64,000 nucleotides of DNA from Bacteroidaceae bacterium (GCA_963603335.1 CAVCML010000052.1:5665-69664), one strand, 5' to 3'. Positions 19,163 through 29,802 are shown, counted from the first letter of the stretch. The notes: generated from the sequence alone by a model not told the origin. Numbers and translations are program-made.

Positions 19163-20251
19163 ATGAGTGCACCAAAATTATTCAGTCCGGGACCTATTAT
19201 GGTAAAGGAAAATGTCAGACAGGCATTGACTCACTACGATATCTGCCACAGAAGCGCAGAATTTGAAGAACTGTTTGCATCCGCTACAGCTAAGATCAAC
19301 AAGCTGTTCAAGGCAGATGATACATACAGATCAATGATTATTTCCGGTTCCGGTACATCCTCCAATGAAACTGTTCTTTCTTCTATTTTCAACGAGGGAG
19401 AAAAAGTTCTTCTGATCAGAAACGGTGTATTTGGAGAAAGACTGCTTGAGATAATCGAAAAGCATAACATCCCGCTCGCAGACTGTGAATTCCCGTGGGC
19501 TGAAGAGCCGGATCTCGCCAAGGTAGAAGAAATGATTAAGGCTAATCCGGATGTTAAGGTTATCGCAATGGTATTCCACGAAACATCCACCGGCATGATT
19601 AACCCGGTTAAGGCAGTGGGCGAACTGGCTAAGAAATATGACAAATGGTTCTTCGTAGACTGTGTATCCGCAGCTGCAGGCGAAGAAATAAATATCGTTG
19701 ACATGAACATCACATTTGCTACTTCCGTTGGCGGCAAGTGCCTGGGAGCTTATCCGGGATCGGCTTATGTCTGCGGTAAAATAGATGCTCTGGAGACACT
19801 GACTCCGGAAATGGGCAAGACAACTTATCTGAACCTGGCAAAGCACTACATCTCTGCAAAAACCAAGAACCAGACTCCTAACACACCGAATGTAAATCTG
19901 TTCTGGGCTTTGGACGTTGCTCTTGATAATGCTCTGGCTGACGGAGGCATAGAAGCAAGAGTAGCCAGATATAAAGAATGCGCCGGAATCCTGAGAAAGG
20001 GAATGAAGGACATGGGTCTGAAGTTCCTGCTGGATGACGAAAGCAAGATGTCAAATACCGTAACATCCGTATTCCTGCCGGAGGGTAAAGACCTGAAAGC
20101 GTTCCTGAAGGAAATGGAAGATAAGGGATATGTTGTTTACAGCGGTAAAGGCAAGTATGAAGAAATGGGAATGTTCCAGGTTGCAAACATGGGTGAAATT
20201 TATCCGGATGACTGCAAAGAATTCCTGAACGTTCTGAAGAGCTGTCTGTAA
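19163..20251 (+). CDS. Class-V PLP aminotransferase (alanine-glyoxylate / serine-pyruvate / PhnW-like)
   Basis: 362 aa from the ATG at 19163 (RBS GAAAGGAAG). It has the N-terminal LFSPGPIMV motif and a GSGTSSNE segment. Substrate specificity cannot be determined. Confidence 0.75.
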   Translation: MSAPKLFSPGPIMVKENVRQALTHYDICHRSAEFEELFASATAKINKLFKADDTYRSMIISGSGTSSNETVLSSIFNEGEKVLLIRNGVFGERLLEIIEKHNIPLADCEFPWAEEPDLAKVEEMIKANPDVKVIAMVFHETSTGMINPVKAVGELAKKYDKWFFVDCVSAAAGEEINIVDMNITFATSVGGKCLGAYPGSAYVCGKIDALETLTPEMGKTTYLNLAKHYISAKTKNQTPNTPNVNLFWALDVALDNALADGGIEARVARYKECAGILRKGMKDMGLKFLLDDESKMSNTVTSVFLPEGKDLKAFLKEMEDKGYVVYSGKGKYEEMGMFQVANMGEIYPDDCKEFLNVLKSCL

Positions 20252-20359
20252 GACGGCGCAGCCGCTTTGCGGCACAAAGGATTTAACTCCTTCCAACTCC
20301 GGGCTGAAGAGCCTGTAAGTAAGAAATTAAGTAAAAAATAAGTATAAGTAAAAACCAAT

Positions 20360-20420
20360 AAAAAACACTTTCGCGGATGCTCCTCACTTTCCCTCTCGCA
20401 GGAGACCGAAAGTGTTTTTT
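20360..20420. terminator. Large bidirectional terminator hairpin
   Basis: AAAAAACACTTTCG (20360-20373) pairs perfectly with CGAAAGTGTTTTTT (20407-20420). It lies between convergent genes. Confidence 0.75.
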
Positions 20421-20470
20421 ATTGGCTTGATATAATATGCGTATGCAGATTTGATACCGGAATCGCTTTG

Positions 20471-21316
20471 TTACGGCAGTCTGCAGAATTCCGGTTTTCT
20501 TTGACGGAATTTGCAGTAATACTTAAATCCGATGGAACGGGCGAATTCCACGGCATCGTTAAAGTGGTACTGATAGTAGTATGGATCGTGGGCATCCGAT
20601 CCAAAGGTCAGAATCTCACCGCCGAGATCCAGATACCGGCTCAGAATCGAACGGCGCGGCAGCCATGTGCCGGTGCCGTATTTAAAGCTGGATGTATTGA
20701 TTTCGAGGCCTTTTCCGTTATGAATCAGGAGCTTTAAAATCTCATCAATCTGATCTTCTACGGAACCGTAATCATAGAGAGTACCAATGTAGCGATCCAG
20801 AATGCTGAAATGTCCGGCGATATCAAAATCCTGATATTCCTGCAGGCATTCATACATATAGGTGTAGAAATCTTCCAGCTCGGCGGGACCGTCGGCATGA
20901 GCAAAGTCATATCGATACATATCATCGTTTCTGGTGCAGTGAAAAGAACCTATAATCACATCGAACGGGTAACTGTTCACAGCCCGCCGCGCCTCTTCGA
21001 AATATCCTTTTAAAATGCCGATTTCCATGCCGGATAAAATTTCAATCTCATCCTTGTATTGTTCCTGAGCAGCCTTAAGTGCGGGAAGATAGTGGTCAAA
21101 ATCCAGTTGGAACGGGAATTCCGGATCGGGATAACCGGGGTCATAGTGATCGGTGACGGCAAGAGTTTTGATGCCGCGGGCGATGGCACCCGCAAGCATT
21201 TCTTCCATGGAAATATCGCAGTCATCGGAAAAACCTGTGTGGGTGTGAAAATCACAGGGCAGTACGCATGCTTCCCCGGCTTGCTTGTTGTTTGTTGTAT
21301 CGTTCATATTTATCAT
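20471..21316 (-). CDS. PHP-domain phosphoesterase, HisJ-family histidinol-phosphatase-like
   Basis: N-terminal CDFHTHTGFSDDC metal-binding motif, with a later SDAHD motif. Confidence 0.7.
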   Translation of the reverse strand: MINMNDTTNNKQAGEACVLPCDFHTHTGFSDDCDISMEEMLAGAIARGIKTLAVTDHYDPGYPDPEFPFQLDFDHYLPALKAAQEQYKDEIEILSGMEIGILKGYFEEARRAVNSYPFDVIIGSFHCTRNDDMYRYDFAHADGPAELEDFYTYMYECLQEYQDFDIAGHFSILDRYIGTLYDYGSVEDQIDEILKLLIHNGKGLEINTSSFKYGTGTWLPRRSILSRYLDLGGEILTFGSDAHDPYYYQYHFNDAVEFARSIGFKYYCKFRQRKPEFCRLP

Positions 21317-21342
21317 CTCGTTTTCTGTTGCTTTTTCTAATT

Positions 21343-22797
21343 TTAATTGGCTGGCAGCTGCTGGTTTTCTTTTTCTGTCTTGACGTAATTCAGTTCGAAC
21401 CAGAAGGTCGTTCCGACTCCCAGCGTGCTTTCCACGCCGAAGTTTACCTTGTGAAGGCTCAGAATCTCTTTTACGATGGAAAGCCCAAGCCCGGTGCCCT
21501 CTGCGGCACGTACCATGTTGGAGCTGGCCTTATAATAGCGATCCCATACGTGATCAAGTTCTTCGGCAGCAATGCCGACACCGTGATCCTCCACGCGGCA
21601 GACGATGAATTTACCCTTCTTCTTGAGTGTGATGATGACGGTTTTATCTTCACCGCAGAACTTGATGGCATTTGTGAACAGGTTGGAAATGACCTGTTTG
21701 ATTTTATCTTCGTCACCGTTGACGATGAAGTTTGCCGGCGCATTGAGCTGGAAGTGATAGCCCTCTTCATCTTCCATGATTCGGTAAGTGTTGAGAATCA
21801 TCTGTGCAGCTTCCGTAATGTTGAAATTCTGGCGCTGCAGCGTCATTTTACCGGACTGCATGCGTGAGATGGTCAGAAGATCGCTTACCAGAGCGTTGAG
21901 CCGGTCCGCCTCATCTATGATGACCTGAAGGTGTTCATCGCGCTTCTGCGGATTGTTGCCGGAAATATCCTTAATCATTTCGGCATAGGATTTAATCATG
22001 GTCAGCGGTGTACGCAGGTCATGAGATACGTTGGCAATCAGATCCTTCTGCAGCATATCGGATTTTTCAAGATCGATGGAAGCACGGGTTAATGTATCCG
22101 CCAGGTTGTTGATTTCGGTATAGTGCCCTCCTTTGAATACGATGCCGTATTCACCGTCCGCCAAACGTTCTGCAGAGTGAGCAATCTTTCTAATCGGACG
22201 GGTAATTCTCCCCGATAGATAGAAGGATACGCAGCACGCCAAAAGCAGGGATATAAACGTAACGTAAACCAGCTGGTTGGTCAGAATCTGAATCGTCGAA
22301 GTCACAGGCCACAGAGGTGAGAATATATAGACAATCAGAGGCGTTTTGTTTTTTGCAATCAGCACATTGCCGTATGCCAGAATTCGTTTGGAATCATCGA
22401 TTCCGTCAATGGTGAAGGAGACCGAATCCTCCTGTGATTCCAGAAGCCGTTCGTTTACGGTGGCGATTTGATTGGCGTAGTAACGTGAACTGGTATTATC
22501 TCCGGAAGGCTTGAAATACATGGTGCTCCCGTCAAAGGAAGCAATGTATATGTAAATGTCATGAGTGTCGGAAATCTCTTCGATGTTGTCGAGAAATTTC
22601 TCGCTGTTCTTGACTTTATAGGCTTTGGTGATGTTCTTTACCACGGCATCGGTCTGTTCTTTTTTCATGACCTCATAAAAGTTGTTGAGGAACAGTACCT
22701 GCAGGAACCACAGGATAATCATGAGGAAAGCGGTGAACAGGATGAAATAAAGCCAGGTTTTAAATGTGATGCTGCGGTAATCCAGTTTATGCTTCAA
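21343..22797 (-). CDS. Sensor histidine kinase (two TM segments, HAMP, HisKA, HATPase)
   Basis: H-box SHDLRTPLT, N-box NAIKF, and G-boxes DHGVGI and GTGLGLSIV. It overlaps the upstream response-regulator gene by 11 nt. Confidence 0.9.
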   Translation of the reverse strand: MKHKLDYRSITFKTWLYFILFTAFLMIILWFLQVLFLNNFYEVMKKEQTDAVVKNITKAYKVKNSEKFLDNIEEISDTHDIYIYIASFDGSTMYFKPSGDNTSSRYYANQIATVNERLLESQEDSVSFTIDGIDDSKRILAYGNVLIAKNKTPLIVYIFSPLWPVTSTIQILTNQLVYVTFISLLLACCVSFYLSGRITRPIRKIAHSAERLADGEYGIVFKGGHYTEINNLADTLTRASIDLEKSDMLQKDLIANVSHDLRTPLTMIKSYAEMIKDISGNNPQKRDEHLQVIIDEADRLNALVSDLLTISRMQSGKMTLQRQNFNITEAAQMILNTYRIMEDEEGYHFQLNAPANFIVNGDEDKIKQVISNLFTNAIKFCGEDKTVIITLKKKGKFIVCRVEDHGVGIAAEELDHVWDRYYKASSNMVRAAEGTGLGLSIVKEILSLHKVNFGVESTLGVGTTFWFELNYVKTEKENQQLPAN

Positions 22798-23458
22798 ATT
22801 TGTAGCCCACTCCTCTCAGGGTAACGATGAAATCCCTGTACTTGCCAAGATTGTTCCTGAGGTTTTTGATATGGGTGTCGATGGTTCTGTCATCGCCGAA
22901 GAAGTCATAGCCCCAGATGTCGGACAGCAGCTTATCTCTGGAAAGAGCGATATTTTTGTTTTCCACCAAATAGAAAAGAAGATCGTATTCTTTTGGTGTG
23001 AGTTCGACTTTCTCTCCGTCCACGGTTACTGTGCGAGCGGGAATGTTGATTTCAAGGCCATCGAATTTCATTACCTTATCGACCGGCTTTTCAACGCTGC
23101 TGTTTCTGGAGAGAACAGCGTTGACGCGCGCCATCAGTTCCTTAGGACTGAAAGGTTTTACCACATAGTCGTCGATACCCAGTTCAAAACCGAAGAGCTT
23201 GTCGTACTCTTCGCTTCTTGCGGAAAGCATGATGATGGGGATGTCCTTGATTTTTTTGATTTCCTTGCAGGCGGAAAATCCATCCAGCTTCGGCATCATT
23301 ATATCCATTATAATCAAATCGTAATCATTGAGTTTACAAAGTCCCACAGCAGTCATGCCGTCGGCGGCTTCCGTAACCTCGTGACCATTAAATTCTGAGT
23401 ATTCACGAATGACTTCTCTGATTTTCTGTTCGTCATCCGCAACAAGTATTTTAGCCAT
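22787..23458 (-). CDS. OmpR-family response regulator
   Basis: Starts MAKILVADDE at 23458, after AAAGGAGG. Receiver segment DLIIMDIMMPKLDG. Winged-helix segment LTPKEYDLLFYLVEN...RGVGYKF. Confidence 0.9.
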   Translation of the reverse strand: MAKILVADDEQKIREVIREYSEFNGHEVTEAADGMTAVGLCKLNDYDLIIMDIMMPKLDGFSACKEIKKIKDIPIIMLSARSEEYDKLFGFELGIDDYVVKPFSPKELMARVNAVLSRNSSVEKPVDKVMKFDGLEINIPARTVTVDGEKVELTPKEYDLLFYLVENKNIALSRDKLLSDIWGYDFFGDDRTIDTHIKNLRNNLGKYRDFIVTLRGVGYKFEA

Positions 23459-23613
23459 TTCACAGCCTCCTTTTGTTTCTGTATTTAAAGAATAAAAGTC
23501 TAATGTGTTTCCTTTGTGAAGCTTATGTAGTGATTGTACCACAATTCCTTTGCCAGGTACAGAAATTGTGGTATACTTAAAGGGCATCTATGCAGGAAGG
23601 AGGTGAATATAAA

Positions 23614-24738
23614 GTGCTGAGAAAACTCGTGAGAGCTGTATTTACGCTTGCGGGTGCAATGCTTGGTTACGGCGTATTTGCATTGACGAAGTTTTTAGCT
23701 CGTTTCTTTGGTCACAGTGACTGGGTCGACTTTTCAAACATGCAGGAATTTTATATTTCTGTTTCATTTGCACTTATTTTTGGATTATTATTCTTCCAAT
23801 TGACCCCGACGATTAAAAAACAGGGAAACAGAATGGCTGATGATATTGAATCGGATCTTAAAAAGATGTCCACCAACGATATCGTGCTGGGCACGGTAGG
23901 TCTGATTGCAGGTCTGATTATAGCATTTCTGATCGGTCAAATATACGCGGGAATCAATATTCCGTACCTGGATGTTATACTGAATATTATTACATACATC
24001 GTGCTCGGGTACCTGGGCATAACCATTGCAACAAAAAAAAGCGCAGATATCAAAGCTCTGTGGATGTCTTCGAAAAAAAACTCCTCGGCGGGAGGCAAGG
24101 GCGGCAGACAGAAAACGGATGCTGCACCGAAAATTTTCGATACCAGCGTTATTATCGACGGACGTATTTCCGATATAATGAAGACCGGTTTTATCGAAGG
24201 CCCTATCGTCATTCCGGAATTTGTGCTTGTGGAACTGCGCCATATTGCGGATTCCTCTGATGCGCTTAAAAGAAATCGAGGCAGACGCGGACTGGATATT
24301 CTCAACAAAATCCAGGATGATTACGGTATCGAAATTTACAATACAACGGCGGAGAAAGCTCTGGATGAGATACCGGAAGTGGATGTCAAACTTTTAAAGC
24401 TGGCGCAGATTATGAACGGCAAGGTGGTGACCAACGATTTCAACCTCAACAAGGTTGCGGCCATCAAGGGTGTAGAGGTTCTTAATATCAATGAGCTTGC
24501 CAATACGCTTAAGCCGGTGGTGCTGCCCGGAGAAATTATGACATTGTCACTGGTAAAAGAAGGCAAGGAAAACAATCAGGCGGTTGCCTACCTGGACGAC
24601 GGAACTATGATTGTCGTGGAAGAAGGCAAGAGATTTATCGGAAAGAAAATCAAGGTACTGGTTACCAGCGTGCTTCAGACTGCAGCGGGACGGATGATTT
24701 TCGGAAAACCTGCGGGAGGAAAGCAGGATAGGGGATAG
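23614..24738 (+). CDS. yacL: PIN/TRAM-domain membrane protein (YacL-type)
   Basis: N-terminal TM helices, a PIN core [12 protein letters not shown] and a C-terminal TRAM-like domain. GTG start lies 8 nt after GGAAGGAGGTG. It sits directly upstream of ispDF, as yacL does upstream of ispD/ispF in Bacillus. Confidence 0.65.
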   Translation: MLRKLVRAVFTLAGAMLGYGVFALTKFLARFFGHSDWVDFSNMQEFYISVSFALIFGLLFFQLTPTIKKQGNRMADDIESDLKKMSTNDIVLGTVGLIAGLIIAFLIGQIYAGINIPYLDVILNIITYIVLGYLGITIATKKSADIKALWMSSKKNSSAGGKGGRQKTDAAPKIFDTSVIIDGRISDIMKTGFIEGPIVIPEFVLVELRHIADSSDALKRNRGRRGLDILNKIQDDYGIEIYNTTAEKALDEIPEVDVKLLKLAQIMNGKVVTNDFNLNKVAAIKGVEVLNINELANTLKPVVLPGEIMTLSLVKEGKENNQAVAYLDDGTMIVVEEGKRFIGKKIKVLVTSVLQTAAGRMIFGKPAGGKQDRG

Positions 24739-24740
24739 TT

Positions 24741-25886
24741 ATGTATGAGAATAAGAAAATTGCCGTGATAATTGCGGCAGCGGGGAAAGGCACCCGGGTC
24801 GGAGGTCCGGTGCCCAAGCAGTACCTGAAAATCGGCGGAGAACCGGTGATTCTCAAAACGCTGAAGGCTTTTGAGGCACTGGATGAAGTTGATCATATTT
24901 TTATCGTAACAAATGAAGAATACATGAATCGCTGTCAAAAAATCGTGGACGACAACGGGCTGGATAAGGTGAGAGGAATTGTTAAGGGCGGAGCGGAGCG
25001 GCAGGAGTCGGTCTACAACGCTTTGCAGGAGGTGAATCGCATTTGTCCGGGCGTATCCTATGTTTTGATTCATGATGCAGCGAGACCGTTCGTCAGCGAA
25101 CAGGTCGTGAAAAACGTTATAAAAGCTACGGCAGAAAAGGGAGCTGCCGTAGCTTGTGTTGCTATGAAGAACAGCCTTCGCCGAATGGACGGCGATGAAA
25201 GCCACGGTGTGGATCGGTCGGAGTACTGCTCGGTGCAGACCCCGCAGGGATTTCGTAAAGCAGATCTGATGGAGGCTCATGACAAAGCGCTTCGTGAGGG
25301 TCTGCAGGCAACGGATGACGCCATGCTGGCGGAGCTGGCGGGATTCCATGTGGAGGTGGTCGATGGTGATTATCAGAACATCAAGATTACGACCAGAGAG
25401 GATTTGCCGGTGGAAAACCGCACGGGAATCGGATTTGACGTACATGCCCTGACAGAGGGAAGAAAGCTGATATTAGGCGGTGTGGATATCCCGTTTGAAC
25501 GGGGGCTGGACGGACATTCCGATGCGGATGTACTGGTTCATGCGCTGATGGATGCTCTGCTTGGTGCGGCGGCGCTCGGCGATATCGGTCAGCATTTTCC
25601 GGACACGGATGATGCATACAAGGGAATCTCAAGTCTGCGTCTTCTGGAAAAGGTTCGAGACCTTTTAGCGGAAAACTTTTTTTCCATAGCCAATGTGGAT
25701 ATGACAATCATGGCACAGCGACCCAGAATCGGTCCCCATATCGAAGCGATGAGAAGCAATATCGCGGAGGTGCTGGGAATCGGCAGAAGCCGGGTCAATA
25801 TTAAAGCGACAACAACCGAACGGTTGGGTTTCGTAGGACGTGAAGAAGGTATCGCGGCGGAAGCCATCTGTTCGATATACCGATAA
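24741..25886 (+). CDS. ispDF: Bifunctional MEP cytidylyltransferase / MEcPP synthase
   Basis: IspD N-terminus [14 protein letters not shown]. IspF C-terminus GIGFDVHAL...[19 protein letters not shown]. Confidence 0.9.
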   Translation: MYENKKIAVIIAAAGKGTRVGGPVPKQYLKIGGEPVILKTLKAFEALDEVDHIFIVTNEEYMNRCQKIVDDNGLDKVRGIVKGGAERQESVYNALQEVNRICPGVSYVLIHDAARPFVSEQVVKNVIKATAEKGAAVACVAMKNSLRRMDGDESHGVDRSEYCSVQTPQGFRKADLMEAHDKALREGLQATDDAMLAELAGFHVEVVDGDYQNIKITTREDLPVENRTGIGFDVHALTEGRKLILGGVDIPFERGLDGHSDADVLVHALMDALLGAAALGDIGQHFPDTDDAYKGISSLRLLEKVRDLLAENFFSIANVDMTIMAQRPRIGPHIEAMRSNIAEVLGIGRSRVNIKATTTERLGFVGREEGIAAEAICSIYR

Positions 25887-25919
25887 TAAAGACAGAAAAA
25901 CAGAAGGAGAAGAACGAGA

Positions 25920-27650
25920 ATGAAATTATCAAAGATGCATTTAAAAACGCTTCGTGAAGTACCGAATGAAGCGGAAATTCCAAGTCATGTGCTGCTGCTG
26001 CGGGCGGGTATGATTCGCAAGCTGGTTTCCGGTGTATATGGATTTATGCCGCTTGGATGGAGATCCGTTCGTAAGATTGAGGATATCATCCGTCAGGAAA
26101 TGGACGCTGCGGGAGGTCAGGAAATTCATATGTCGGCGGTGCAGCCGGCAGAGCTGTGGCAGGAATCCGGCAGATGGGGTGCATACGGTCCGGAACTCTG
26201 GAGATTAAAGGACAGAAACGGCAGAGAATTCTGCCTTGGACCGACACACGAAGAAATCTTTACGGATATCGTCCGCAGCGACATATCTTCGTACCGGCAG
26301 CTTCCGACGAATCTCTACCAGATTCAGACGAAATACAGAGACGAGGCAAGACCGCGTTTCGGACTTATGAGAAGCCGTGAATTCATCATGAAAGATGCAT
26401 ATTCATTTGACCGGGATTACGAGGGACTGGATAAAAGCTATCGTGAAATGTATGATGCTTACGATAAAATTTTTACAAGATGCGGGTTGACGTTCCGGCC
26501 TGTAGAAGCGGATACAGGTGCTATCGGCGGCAGCAATTCCCATGAATTCACAGCCATCTCCGAGGTTGGAGAGAGCGAAATCGCATACTGCACATCCTGC
26601 GATATGGCGGCGACGGTAGAGCGCGCAGAATGCAGGGACGCAGCACCGCAGACGGACGTAGAGATGCTTCCGCTTGAAGAAGTGGAAACTCCGGGAACAA
26701 AGACCATCGAAGATGTAGCGGCGTTCCTGAAGCTCGACAAGAAGCAGACGATGAAAGCCCTGTTGTTTGTAACCTACGATTTGGAAGGAAATGAAAACGG
26801 ATACGTGGCTGCATTCGTTCGCGGCGACAGAGAGATGAACATGACCAAGCTGGTGAATGCCCTGAATATTCCGGAACATTCAATTGAATTTGCAGATGAA
26901 GAAAAAATGTCGGCAGCGACAGGATGCGTAGGCGGATTCACAGGACCTGTGGGACTCCATGACTGCACCATTGTTGTGGACAGCGAACTTCCGGGCTTGA
27001 AAAACCTGTGTGCCGGAGCATGCAGGGAGGACCACCATCTGCTCAATGTCAACTACGGCAGAGATTATGAAGGTGATATCGTAACGGATATTAAGAACCT
27101 GGCGGAGGGCGATCCGTGTCCGGTATGCGGTGCGCCTGTAAAACATGCACGCGGAATCGAAGTGGGACAGGTATTCAAGCTTGGAACCAAGTACAGTGAC
27201 GCTATGGGAGCCGTTTATAAAGATGAAAAAATGCAGTCTCATCCGATTGTGATGGGATGCTACGGAATCGGCGTAACGAGAACGCTGGCAGCTGTTGTGG
27301 AACAGCATCATGACGACAACGGTATTATCTGGCCTATGTCGGTAGCGCCGTATCACGTAATAATTACGGTAATGAAGCCGGATGATGAAGTGCAGGCAAA
27401 GGTGGCAGAATCGCTTTACGAGGATCTTTGCAGTGCCGGAGCGGAGGTGCTTCTGGACGACAGGAAAGAGCGCCCGGGTGTAAAATTCAAGGATGCGGAT
27501 CTCCTGGGTATTCCAATTCGCATTACCGTGGGACGCGGAGCGGCTGACGGCATTGTGGAATATAAGCTGCGCCGTGATGCGGATAAAACCGAAATGACGA
27601 TTGAAGAAAGCAAGGCGCAGGCTTTGAAGACGATTCAGGAAGAAAAATAA
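25920..27650 (+). CDS. proS: Prolyl-tRNA synthetase (bacterial type with editing insertion)
   Basis: 576 aa. Class II motif region YRDEARPRFGLMRSREFIMKDAYSF, and a C-terminal anticodon-binding domain. Confidence 0.92.
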   Translation: MKLSKMHLKTLREVPNEAEIPSHVLLLRAGMIRKLVSGVYGFMPLGWRSVRKIEDIIRQEMDAAGGQEIHMSAVQPAELWQESGRWGAYGPELWRLKDRNGREFCLGPTHEEIFTDIVRSDISSYRQLPTNLYQIQTKYRDEARPRFGLMRSREFIMKDAYSFDRDYEGLDKSYREMYDAYDKIFTRCGLTFRPVEADTGAIGGSNSHEFTAISEVGESEIAYCTSCDMAATVERAECRDAAPQTDVEMLPLEEVETPGTKTIEDVAAFLKLDKKQTMKALLFVTYDLEGNENGYVAAFVRGDREMNMTKLVNALNIPEHSIEFADEEKMSAATGCVGGFTGPVGLHDCTIVVDSELPGLKNLCAGACREDHHLLNVNYGRDYEGDIVTDIKNLAEGDPCPVCGAPVKHARGIEVGQVFKLGTKYSDAMGAVYKDEKMQSHPIVMGCYGIGVTRTLAAVVEQHHDDNGIIWPMSVAPYHVIITVMKPDDEVQAKVAESLYEDLCSAGAEVLLDDRKERPGVKFKDADLLGIPIRITVGRGAADGIVEYKLRRDADKTEMTIEESKAQALKTIQEEK

Positions 27651-28235
27651 ATGTCGGGAAAGGACAAAAAAACATATAACAGAAATCTCTTTTGGGAGTT
27701 TTTTAAGATCGGTATTTTTACCATTGGAGGCGGAATGGCTATGATTCCGCAGATTCAGCAGGTAGTTGTGCAGGATAAGAGATGGATGACGGACGAAGAA
27801 ATGGTTGACTGTATCGCTGTAAGTCAGTCGATGCCGGGAGTTATAGCCATTAACAGTGCAACCTATATCGGATGGAAAATCAATGGCATTCCGGGTGCGG
27901 TATCCGCTACAATCGGGGTGATTGCACCATCGTTTTTAATCATTGTTCTGGTAGCCTCATTCCTGGGAATTGCGGGTGAGAATCGTTATATTAAGGGCGC
28001 TTTTACCGGCATCAAGGCAGCGGTATGCGGTCTGATACTGCTTTCCGCAATCAAGCTCGGAAAGCAGATTTTAAAGGGCCCGTTTCAATGGATAATGGCG
28101 ATTGCAGCGCTGGTCGCAATCAGCGCTTTTGGAGTTACGGCAGTCTGGGCTGTGCTGGCAGGTGCGGTAATCGGTATTTTGTACAATACTGTCAGATTGA
28201 AGCATCAAAACGGGGAAGAGAGGAATGAGAAATGA
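27651..28235 (+). CDS. Chromate-transporter (ChrA) family half-size protein
   Basis: FFKIGIFTIGGGMAMIP and SQSMPGVIAIN motifs. The ATG abuts the proS stop codon. Confidence 0.75.
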   Translation: MSGKDKKTYNRNLFWEFFKIGIFTIGGGMAMIPQIQQVVVQDKRWMTDEEMVDCIAVSQSMPGVIAINSATYIGWKINGIPGAVSATIGVIAPSFLIIVLVASFLGIAGENRYIKGAFTGIKAAVCGLILLSAIKLGKQILKGPFQWIMAIAALVAISAFGVTAVWAVLAGAVIGILYNTVRLKHQNGEERNEK

Positions 28236-28801
28236 TTTATTTATCTCTTTTCGTCATGTTTTTCAGAATCGGATTGTTCAGCTTTGGCGGCGGTCTGGCC
28301 ATGCTTCCTCTGATATTTCAAAGCGTGCAGGATTTCGGCATGATGACCGCTTCGGAGTTTTCTGATCTGGTGGCGCTTTCGCAGGTAACTCCGGGACCGA
28401 TTGCAGTTAATGCAGCTACATATGTAGGCTTTAACAGTGCAGGTATTCCGGGAGCGCTTGCTGCGACACTGGGTGTGAGTCTGCCGTCATTCGTACTGAT
28501 TCTGATTGTGGTGAAATTTCTTGAAAAGTTTCATGAGAGCAAGGGAATCCAAGGTGCCTTTTTGGGAATACGTCCGGTGACGGTCGGACTGATTGCGGCG
28601 GCAGTTATTTTCGTAGGAGAGACGGTGCTGGTCAATGGCCCGATTATCTCAACTAAACTCTTTACAGAGGGAATAAGTTATTTTAACTTGATACCGATTA
28701 TGCTGTGTGCGGTGACACTGCTGCTGTCGGGTGTCTTTAAGATTAAGCCCATCACGCTGATGATTGTCATGGGTGCTGCGGGAGCGTTGTTATGTGGATA
28801 G
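28232..28801 (+). CDS. Chromate-transporter (ChrA) family half-size protein, second half of the pair
   Basis: FFRIGLFSFGGGLAMLP and SQVTPGPIAVN motifs. It has a 4-nt overlap with the previous gene. Confidence 0.75.
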   Translation: MIYLSLFVMFFRIGLFSFGGGLAMLPLIFQSVQDFGMMTASEFSDLVALSQVTPGPIAVNAATYVGFNSAGIPGALAATLGVSLPSFVLILIVVKFLEKFHESKGIQGAFLGIRPVTVGLIAAAVIFVGETVLVNGPIISTKLFTEGISYFNLIPIMLCAVTLLLSGVFKIKPITLMIVMGAAGALLCG

Positions 28802-29250
28802 GCGGAGTAAGAGTCATCGTCATGGATGATGAGAATCGCATGCTGATGGTGTGTCAGCATCATGAAGACCGGGATATCTGGATGGTACCGGGAGGCGGCG
28901 TCGAAGAGGGAGAAAGTTCTCTTGAGGCGGCTGTCCGGGAAGTTGAGGAAGAGACGGGCCTTGATGTTAAGATACAAAAACTGCTGTGGCATGTAGAAGA
29001 AGTTTCGGAGCGCGGGCAGCGGTTTGTGAATTTCTTTTTGGGAGAAATGACGGGAGGAAATCTGGAACTGGGTGAGGATCCTGAATTTGATGCAGAGCAT
29101 CAGGTGCTCCGCGAGGTGAAATTCCTGTCAAAAGCGGAGATTCAGGCTCTGGAACATGTGTACCCTGACTATCTGCGGGATGAAGTATGGCACGTATTGA
29201 CCGGAGAAGATCTGGGATACGATGTATTTAAAGAACGTGAAAAACGTTAG
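28792..29250 (+). CDS. NUDIX hydrolase
   Basis: Nudix box GGGVEEGESSLEAAVREVEEETGL. Confidence 0.85.
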   Translation: MWIGGVRVIVMDDENRMLMVCQHHEDRDIWMVPGGGVEEGESSLEAAVREVEEETGLDVKIQKLLWHVEEVSERGQRFVNFFLGEMTGGNLELGEDPEFDAEHQVLREVKFLSKAEIQALEHVYPDYLRDEVWHVLTGEDLGYDVFKEREKR

Positions 29251-29278
29251 AAACAAAGCATATAAGGAGGAACTGAAA

Positions 29279-29761
29279 ATGCAGTATGTAATAATCGAAA
29301 TGGAAAACGGAGATATCATGAAGGGTGAACTGTATCCTGAAACAGCTCCGAAAACAGTGGAAAATTTCGTAAAGCTTGTAAACGAGGGCTTTTATGATGG
29401 CTTGATTTTCCACAGAGTTATTCCGGGATTCATGATTCAGGGCGGATGTCCGGACGGAAACGGAATGGGCGGCCCGGGATACTCCATCGAAGGAGAATTT
29501 GCAATGAACGGATTCAGAAATGATTTGAAGCACGAAAGAGGTGTTCTCTCCATGGCAAGATCCATGAATCCGAACTCCGCGGGATCGCAGTTCTTTATCA
29601 TGGTGGAAGCTGCTCCGCATCTTGACGGACAGTACGCTGCATTCGGTAAGATTATTGAAGGCATGGAAGCTGCGGATAAAATCGTGGCACAGCCTAGAAA
29701 TGCGATGGACAAACCTAATGAACCGCAGGTTATGAAGAAGGTAACCATTGTAGAGGAATAG
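29279..29761 (+). CDS. Cyclophilin-type peptidyl-prolyl cis-trans isomerase
   Basis: FHRVIPGFMIQGG and NSAGSQFFI motifs. The ATG at 29279 follows TAAGGAGG. Confidence 0.9.
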   Translation: MQYVIIEMENGDIMKGELYPETAPKTVENFVKLVNEGFYDGLIFHRVIPGFMIQGGCPDGNGMGGPGYSIEGEFAMNGFRNDLKHERGVLSMARSMNPNSAGSQFFIMVEAAPHLDGQYAAFGKIIEGMEAADKIVAQPRNAMDKPNEPQVMKKVTIVEE

Positions 29762-29773
29762 AAAACTTAGGTA

Positions 29774-29802
29774 TTGACAACTGAAAATACCGGTGGTAAG
29801 AT
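29774..29802 (+). promoter_or_regulatory. SigmaA promoter of the T-box leader
   Basis: TTGACA (29774-29779), a 17-nt spacer, then TAAGAT (29797-29802). Confidence 0.6.

Noticed and set aside
21268-21867. 199-aa + strand ORF opposite the histidine kinase gene
   Set aside because: It is antisense to a kinase gene with clear H, N and G boxes, and it has no independent support.
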